From the NCBI RefSeq assembly GCF_009914755.1, contig NC_060935.1: 64,000 nucleotides of DNA. One strand, written 5' to 3'. Below, piece after piece: positions 56,044 to 64,000 of the stretch. Position 1 is the stretch's first letter. Each line of letters opens with the position of its first letter. This stretch comes from the human T2T-CHM13v2.0 reference genome, Homo sapiens. The position numbers were made by a program, and so were the translations under genes. Below the pieces are notes generated by a model. That model searched no databases. It was given only the letters and a program-made list of their open reading frames with translations, and was not told the DNA's origin.

Positions 56044-57743
56044 GGATGAGTTGTCTTCTAGAATTTCTTCCAGCTCAATCACTCCACGATTTTGGGAATC
56101 TGAGAATGGTGAGATTAACTGGGAGGCAAGGGAGAAGGTGGGACAGAAATTGGTTTATAGCATCATTTAAATAGCCAAACAGAAGGATCTAGAAGCCAGT
56201 TTCAGTTGGGGCAGCTAACTTGCTGTCAATTTGTCTAAGCCGGAAAGGGAGAATCTGCAGCATTAGTCTGTGGCATGTGAGAGGCCCATTAATAAAAGAG
56301 CCACATGTGCTCAGGGGAAAGCGAGTTACATGGAAGGACAAGGACGGTTGTAGGCTTGCAAAGGAGCATTCATTACCATGCAGGGCGAATCAAATGAAGA
56401 AGGAGCTGAGGGCAAAGGGGAAGAGCAGGGAAGCAGAGAAGAGAGAGTAGAAGATGATGGATGGAGGGACTCGGGAGTGTGGTGGCTCAGCCCACCTCAT
56501 CCTAGCTCAGCAAGACTGCAGAGGTGTGCACTGTTCCCCATGGTGAGAATTGGGTGTCCTTTGTTGCTTAGTCTTCGGGTTCCAGGAGGCTCTGGGACCA
56601 AGGGACAGACAGGAAGGGAGTTGGAGCAGGGGAGGCAGGAGACTCGACGGAGGCCGAGGGCAGTGGCCTGATCCAGTATCTCTGTGGAGAGTGGGAAGGT
56701 GTTGAGGTCTATGGTACCTGCCAGATGGTAGTGGCTGAATAAAAGTGGGAATAAAGCAAAGAAGCAAGGCAAGGAGGAGAAGCAGCAGCAAGAGAGGGAG
56801 GGAGAGAGAGAGGGAGGAAGAAAGCATACACCAGCCAGGTAGTTTTGTGATGCGGGTGAACTTGGACTGGAACAGACAAACTTTGTTGACTGTTTTGCTC
56901 TGTAATTGCCTTTTAAAGAGATTATCCAGAGCTGGCTCACCCAGTTCCCCTCATAGGCCTCCTGGCCCAACATGTAGCAAAACTGGGTAGGAAATAAGCC
57001 CATCCACCCTGCCTGTAGCCCCCTGTCCTTACCACTCCCTGGAGCCTTACTTAGTTCAGTCAACACCGGCTTCCTGAGCACCTGCTAACATCTGTCTGGA
57101 CCTGAGGGGGCACAGCCCCTGCCCTCAGGAATGCTGTCTTCTGACGCTGGCAGTTTGCAGAGCACTTTTACAGACTTGTGAGGCAGGGACTGCTGCTTCT
57201 CTTTTACAGGTAACAGAAATTGTTGCTCACTTGGAGGGATTCACATGCCTGGGATCACTCAGCACATAGTGAGGGGCTGGGATCTGGACTCTGGACTTGG
57301 TGTTCATGCTTTTAAGCTCTTTCCTCGACACCTCACTGTCTCACACTGCTTACACTCTGCCTGGAGAGCTTGAAAAACCCCGAGACAGCATCCCTCCATC
57401 CAACCGTGGAGGGGCCGGTGTCCCAGGGCTGGCTAGGAGGGAGGCAGGCTGTAAGCAGTTGGTCCCCTGGAATGGTGGTCTCACAAGGGTGCTCTCACAA
57501 GGGTCTCATGTGGGACCCTCACAAGGATGCCATCAGTTGAAAGAGGAGGCTCGGAAGGGGCAATGTTGAGTCGCCAGTGATGGAATGTCGTGTTTCAGTG
57601 AAGGAACTTGCCTTGTAATGGGACTCTGTGTGGACTTCTAGCCCTGTAACACCACTCCTCCCAGGAGGCCTCCACCTGCCTTCCTGGACCCCCTCAGGGC
57701 CTTGGCACAGTACTGAGTGTATAGTCAATTGCACTTGCTAGGG

Positions 57744-57775
57744 TTTTGTTTGTTTGTTTGTTTGTTTGTTTTTTG
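57744..57775 (+). repeat. (TTTG)n microsatellite
   Basis: Read directly from the sequence. Confidence 0.9.
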
Positions 57776-58932
57776 CCAGGGACCCCGCATACATTAACAT
57801 AGTGTGGTATTATCTCCTCCTTAGATGGCACGTTCCTCAAGGACAGGTGTCTTCTGTCTTTCCACTCCTACCACCTCCACCAAGATACCCAGCTTTCCCC
57901 TCCCCACAGGCTGCAAACATTGTATCCACTTATTGGGTAGTGGGCAAATTTCAGCCAGAAGTTAATTCAAGTCAAGCAAATGTCTTAGGGGCCAGCCACA
58001 CGACAGGCCCCATGACAGATGCTGTGCAGAATATAGAGATTAAGGTCCTGTGTGTTCCCTGCCCTGAGAAGCTTGCATTTTAATAGGGAAGATGAAAATG
58101 TGGGCACACAACTATGCTGACCTCTTCCCTGACTTTCAGGCCCCGCATGGCAGGACCCCTGCCATGTGAGTGATGGATTGCTTCCTCCAGCCCCGCCCCT
58201 CCTCTGCCCTCCTCTCCTTCTAGGAGTGGTCCAACTCTCCACTTTCTAGTCTTTGTTCCTGCAGTTCCACGCTCTGGAATGCCTTTCCCTCTTCTCAGCG
58301 ACTCCCCATCCTTCAGTGCTCAGTTCCAATGCAGCATCCTCCATGAAAGACTTTCTTGATTGCCCAACCAGATGTTTCCCTCTTTGGAACCCTCCCCAGG
58401 AAGACCTTTGTGGACCTACCACACTCTGTCTCATGTTCCTCTTGTTTGTGCCCTGTCTCCTCATACCTCCCTTCCCCATCCTGCTGTAATCACAGGAATA
58501 GGCTCCTACTCATCTTTGGGCTTTGAACTTACCATGTGCTTCATACCTACTCATCAAGTTGTACAGTACAAAGTGGACTAATATTAGGCACATTTAGGAA
58601 GAAACAATATCGTGGGGTCTTGTAGGAGGAAGTGACCTTCAACTGAGCCTTATAGAATGGGCAGATAGGGGGGCAGTGGCCAGGTTCCTTTCTCTTCTTG
58701 ACATAAGCAGCCGTGCCCTCTTCTTCAGGATTCCTGGTAGCAGTGGCAGTTGCTTGTTTCCCTGGAGCAGAGAGAAAAGGGTACACTTGAAGTCATGTGG
58801 GGCCCAAAGGGCCAGCACAAGGCTTCAATCCCAGAGAATCCTTTGCCACCATTGTGTGTCTTGGGTGAACACCTGACTATTAGATGAAGTAGAGCTGGCC
58901 CAGAGACAGGACGTGGGCCAAGGGTGATGAAG

Positions 58933-59061
58933 ATGCACTCTTATTTCCCTTTCTTTTGCTTTCTCTTTTCTTCCTCCATTCCTCTTATTTTCTCCCTCCC
59001 CTCCCTTTCTTCCTCTACACCTCTCACTCCCTCCCTCCGCCTGCTCCCCGGCCTCTCCCAG
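58933..59061 (+). promoter_or_regulatory. Extended polypyrimidine tract / AG-exclusion zone at the exon F acceptor
   Basis: No AG between 58931-58932 and the acceptor AG at 59060-59061; almost entirely C/T. Confidence 0.85.
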
Positions 59062-59214
59062 CTCTCCTCGGCCCTGCTGTTTGATGCTGTCTATGCTGTG
59101 GTGACTGCGGTGCAGGAACTGAACCGGAGCCAAGAGATCGGCGTGAAGCCCTTGTCCTGCGGCTCGGCCCAGATCTGGCAGCACGGCACCAGCCTCATGA
59201 ACTACCTGCGCATG
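59062..59214 (+). CDS. GRIK4: GRIK4 coding exon [15 protein letters not shown]...SLMNYLRM; 153 nt, phase 0 to 0; N-R-S sequon
   Basis: Long pyrimidine tract and cccag|CTC acceptor; donor ATG|gtgagg at 59215; lies within ORF 58924..59229. Confidence 0.97.
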
Positions 59215-60134
59215 GTGAGGAGCGGCTGAGGCCCTGCAGGGCTGTGCCCAGGCTAGTGGGGTGGGACACTTGGTTCAAGGTACAAGAGTCCCTCAACTCC
59301 AGGCTTGCTCGAAATGTGTCTGTTATTACAGCCCCAGATAAATCAGTGATCTCTGGTGACCCCAGTTGAATGGATCATGAGCCACATTTGTTCCCTAAAC
59401 CCCAATAACCACTGAGAATTCATGGAAGTTTGTTCAGAAGGCAACAGCCCTCGAGCCTTACACTATTAGTGGGCCCCTGAATTCCAGACTTAGCACCTGG
59501 CCTCTCTGCTCAGCGGTGTTCTCAGCAAAGCTCCACACAGCTGGGAAAGGGTGGTGCTGCTGGAGACTGGCATCCCTCTGGGAGTTGCAGGCTCAAGACT
59601 TCTAGCTTGGCTGGGTTTCCCATTGTTGTCCTCCCCAGCCATGCTTCCTCTGGTGGGTGAATGAGGATCTCTACCCTACACAGAAGACTTCTGTCAGAGA
59701 AGCCTGCTGCAGCACAGTGTCTTGGACTTTGCATTTAGAGTTAGGTGGAGAGTCATCCTGACTTCCTGTGGACCTGGGGGTGGGTGAGTGCCTGCCCGGA
59801 GAGGATGAATGCTGTGGACAGCCAAGGGCCTGGAGGAGGGGCTGAGGGGAATCTGAGCTCAAGTTAGCACCATGACTGGGTTGGTTTTTGCAGTTGGTAT
59901 GGGGTTATTGGGGGAGCATTCTTCTCCTACTCCAGGCCAAGCCAAGTCTGAATTGTCTCCACAGACATCACATTTGTCATCTCAAGATGCCTTGGCTGTG
60001 TGTGGGCAGGAGAAGGATCTTAACTGCTTTGCCTCTTCTGGGCATCCTTAAATAGCCCCTGTGTAGAAATCTTGCTTGGGGGCAAGTGTAACCTGGGGCC
60101 TGTTTGGTGCTGTAACTCACTCTCTCTTGGACAG

Positions 60135-60239
60135 GTAGAATTGGAAGGTCTTACCGGCCACATTGAATTCAACAGCAAAGGCCAGAGGTCCAACTACGCT
60201 TTGAAAATCTTACAGTTCACAAGGAATGGTTTTCGGCAG
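60135..60239 (+). CDS. GRIK4: GRIK4 coding exon [36 protein letters not shown]; 105 nt, phase 0 to 0
   Basis: Acceptor ggacag|GTA; donor CAG|gtaagc at 60240; GLTGxIxF motif typical of the end of iGluR ATDs. Confidence 0.97.
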
Positions 60240-61104
60240 GTAAGCCTAGCTGCACCGTGGTGATGGCAGGTCCTCCTCTCTGTTCCATTTCATTGATGCC
60301 TCGGTGTTTTGGATGGCCTCCTGCTCCCAGTTATCCCCAACAGCAGCAGGCTGGATCCTGGGCAAGGCTCCTGACCTGCACCAGCCTCTCCCTTCCTGCC
60401 ACCAGATCAGCCATTGTGGCTCAGGGACTGCACCCCCAGCAAAATACTAAGAAGGAGAGAACTGGGGTGAAAGGGGAGGCAAGGGTGTGTCATGTAAGGG
60501 GGGGAATTCCCAGGGAGGATTTTACTCCATGAGTCTGACCCTAATCCTGGAGCCCATTTAGACTCCAGGGAGCCTGCTGGCAAGGCAGAGACTGTATCAC
60601 ATGTGGGCCAAGGAAACCCTTCAGTGTTGCAGTGCATGGCTGGGTCTCTCCTGTCTGCCCTTCTCTGACCAACCCACAGCTCCCACCCCCATGCCAATGA
60701 CACAGCTCCTCTCCTGGCCGCTCCCTGCCTGCTCCATCATTGCAGGGATGCCTTGTCCTTCATAGTTCCTTTCAGCTCCCCACTCCTTTGCTCATTCTCC
60801 GCCATTACCCTTTTTCCCCTTTTCTGAGATCTTCCTCCATCAGAAGAAACAGAGATCTGAAAGGGATCTGACTTTTGAAGTGTCTCTTGAAGATCTCCCA
60901 CCCTCGCCATCACCCTAATATTCAACTCCCTATTATTTGGCTGACCCTTCTGCAGCCTTAGAAAAGGCTGGTAAGTAGGAAGCCAAGCACTAAATACAGC
61001 AAGAAGTGGGTACATTGAAAAGCTTCCTGACTGTCAGAGTGGCTGAACAAGGGAGCACACCACTGAAGGGTTGCACAATCACCTTTTCCAGGAGATTATG
61101 AAGA

Positions 61105-62217
61105 ATCATCATCATCATCACCACCACCATCACTGTCATCATCACCACCACCACCATCATCATCACCACCCCCACCATCATCATCACCACTACAACCACC
61201 ACCATCATCATCATCACCACCACCACGATTACTACCACCACCACCACCATTACCACCACCATCACCACCACCACTACCACCATCATCACCACCACCACAA
61301 CCACAAAACCACTACCACCATTATCACTACCACCACTATCACCACCACCACCCTCATCACTACCACTACCATCACCACCACCACCATCATCATCATCACC
61401 ACCACCACTATCACCACCATCACACCACCACCACCATAATCACCATCACCACCACCACCACCATAATCACCATCACCACCACCATCACCATGATCACCAT
61501 CACCACCACCACCATAATCACCATCACCACCACCACCATAATCACCACCACCACCACCACCATCATCATCATCACCACCACCATCACCACCATCACACCA
61601 CCACCACCACCACAATCACCATCACCACCACCACCATAACCACCACCACCACCACCATAATCACCATCACCACCACCACCACCACCATAACCACCACCAC
61701 CACCATAATCACCATCACCACCACCACCATCATCATCATCACCACCACCACCATCACCACCACCACCACCATCATCATCACCACCACCACCACCATCACC
61801 ACCACCACCATCATCACCATCATCACCACCACTATCATCATCATCACCACCACCATCACCACCACCACCACCATCATCATCACCACCATCACCACCACCA
61901 TCATCATCACCACCACCACCATCACCACCACCACCACCATGACCACCACCACCACCCTCATCACCACCACCACCACCATCACCATTACCACTACCACCGC
62001 CACCATCATCACCACCAGCACCACCAACACCATCATCACCACCACCACCATCACCACCACCATCCCCATCATCACCACCACCACCACCAGCCTCATCATC
62101 ACAACCACCATTGTCATCATTATCACCACCACTGTCATCACCACCACCACCATTGTCATCATTATCATCACCACCACCAACATCATCATCACTACCACTG
62201 CGATTGTCATCATCATA
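61105..62217 (+). repeat. About 1.1 kb imperfect (CAC/CAT)n trinucleotide array with internal higher-order units
   Basis: Read directly from the sequence; gives poly-His/Thr/Pro frames on + and poly-Gly/Val/Trp frames on -. Confidence 0.98.
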
Positions 62218-62450
62218 GCAGCCTCCATTTATTAAGCTTTTACCATGAGCCTTATACCATGTTAAGTGTGTCATATATATTTTCTCTTTTAACCCTACAA
62301 AATAGATACTTTTTATTAGTCCCAATTTTATACTTGAAGAAACTGAGGCTCAGGGTGACTGACTGACTTATCCTTGAACAAACAGTAATGACAGAGCTGG
62401 TTTTGGACCCAGAGAGATCTACCTCTAAAGTCTAAGTTCTTAACCATTAC
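62215..62450 (-). mobile_element. MIR abutting the trinucleotide array
   Basis: ccatttattaagc...ttaaccctac...cccaatttta...gaagaaactgaggctcag...gacttatcc...tcttaaccatta. Confidence 0.8.
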
Positions 62451-62454
62451 AACA

Positions 62455-62595
62455 AATTATGCATCAGAATCACCTTGGAAATGCAATAAAAACACAGATT
62501 TTTAAACTCTACCTCACAAGAGTCTAGTTGGGTAGGCCTATGACAGGCCCCGGGAACTGATGCAGTTGTCAAGCACCCAAGGTGATTCTAATGAA
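62455..62595. mobile_element. MER5-like DNA transposon fragment (contains AATAAA at 62485-62490)
   Basis: gcatcagaatcacct...aggtgattctaatg inverted motifs. Confidence 0.7.
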
Positions 62596-64000
62596 GCCCT
62601 ACGGCCGTGGAGGCCCTGTCATGTCTGCCTCCTGCTTCTGGGTCCCAGCATCTGAGAGGCTCCGATCAGCCCTCCTTAGAGTCCAGTGGAGTTCTTTCTA
62701 GGAGATCGTAATTATGCTGGGCCCTGAGGCCAGGTCACCCTTCTTGGAAGACGAGGCAGTAAAAGGAAAGAGTCTCAGACAGAGAGGAGCCCAGAGTCCT
62801 GCTGCTGACTCTCAGAAAGGCCTCGTATCTCTGGGGCAGAGCTGCATTGTCTGTAAGCAATAACAGCTACCATTTTGTATAATTTCTCAAATGAGAGCAG
62901 GGTTAGGTAGGCAGCCAGAAATTTCGGGGATGGCATTTCACAAAATGGTCATTTTATTCATCTAACAAGTCATATATTGAGCATGCACTGTGTATCAGGT
63001 ACCATGCTGGGCCTGGGGGAAAGGAAGCTGAAAAAGATTCAGCCCCTGCACAGAGAGAGTGCTCATGGTCTGTCCAGGGAGCCTGACATAGAAAACCGTA
63101 AGTGCAAATGTGGGTTATTACACTCAGATCGTGCCCTCAGGCTCCTAATTCCCTGAATAGGTGAAGCTGCCAGCCTGTGGAGAAATTGTCAGGCAGACTT
63201 TTCTCTGAGCCCCAATGTGCTTGAGGGATGTGAAGTGAAGAACATTCATTCATTCTTTCAAGACATCTTTGTTGATTGCCTATTATGTGCCAGACTGTCT
63301 TCTAGGTATAAGTTTTTTAAGATGGAGAAAGTGGCTGCTTTTGTGGAGCCTGTATTCTAGTAGGGGACAGGCAGTGGGCAAACAAATATATATGTGACAT
63401 AGTGTCAGGAGTGGTAAGTGGAAAAAGAAAACGGGGAAAGGAGAAGGGGGTGGAGATGATTACAGCGGAGGAACAGTTAGGAGAACATGATGCTCACTCC
63501 ACAGAAAGCCTGATCCCAGACTTTGAAACACTCCCCTTAGACCTCAGTCCTGCTTTGTGAGTGCTCTGGGGAAAGAGCCCACTTCCAGCACCCTCCATCA
63601 AGAGACACCTGCAGTGGCAGAGCTGGCTGGTAGCCCTGATCCCACTCTCCACTTGAAGGACAGCTGATTAGGCTCCAAGTACCTCTTCACCTTTATTCTG
63701 CTTCTCCAGCAGCCGCTGCTCAGGCTAGCTTGTGCTAGCCCTGAGGCCAGAGGACTGCCTGAGTCATTAAGAAACAGCGTCATCAGCCCCCAGGGCTCAT
63801 CCTTCAGCCCCCAACCCAGGCCAGCAAGGGACCGTGCCCTGAGGCATCCTCCACAGCGGCTGCAGTTTCTTTGGCAGCAGCACACATAAGCGGGCAGGAC
63901 AGGCTTCTCAAATGTAGACGTGCACCAGGATGACCGAGAGTGCTTCATAAAAGTTGGACATTCCCAGGCCTCACAGCTATGAATTCCAGTTTAGTAAAAC

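Noticed and set aside
57478-57527. Three ctcacaagg copies suggesting a repeat-spacer array
   Set aside because: Very short with irregular spacing; local slippage. CRISPR is not applicable to this primate intron.
60990-62228. Poly-Val/Met and poly-Trp/Gly ORFs as real genes
   Set aside because: Stop-poor reading frames are intrinsic to GGT/GAT repeats; not listed as CDS.

Overview
Primate (very probably human) genomic DNA, as shown by ten Alu elements plus MIR, L2, L3, L1M, MaLR and MER repeats. The whole window lies inside GRIK4 (kainate receptor subunit GluK4/KA1) on the + strand. Seven consecutive internal coding exons can be read directly from GT-AG boundaries: 372-469, 4749-4914, 16846-17024, 21781-21834, 46956-47117, 59062-59214 and 60135-60239. 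They splice in one open frame (917 nt) and encode most of the extracellular amino-terminal domain (about residues 83-388 by my recollection of the protein). The rest is intron: interspersed repeats, microsatellites and a few candidate neural enhancers. The most unusual element is a ~1.1 kb imperfect (CAC/CAT)n array at 61105-62217. Directly in front of it is a plausible splice acceptor in frame with the last ATD exon. If used, it would give a GluK4 ATD ending in a natural poly-His/poly-Thr tail; this is a hypothesis, not an observed transcript. Other notable items: a 164-bp tandem duplication with a reciprocal CpG-decay signature, inverted Alus and inverted compound microsatellites bracketing exons, and a ~127-nt AG-free pyrimidine tract. 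No prokaryotic-type systems, RNA genes or additional protein-coding genes are supported. Repeat family calls come from recalled consensus sequences, and their boundaries are approximate unless a target-site duplication (TSD) is given.
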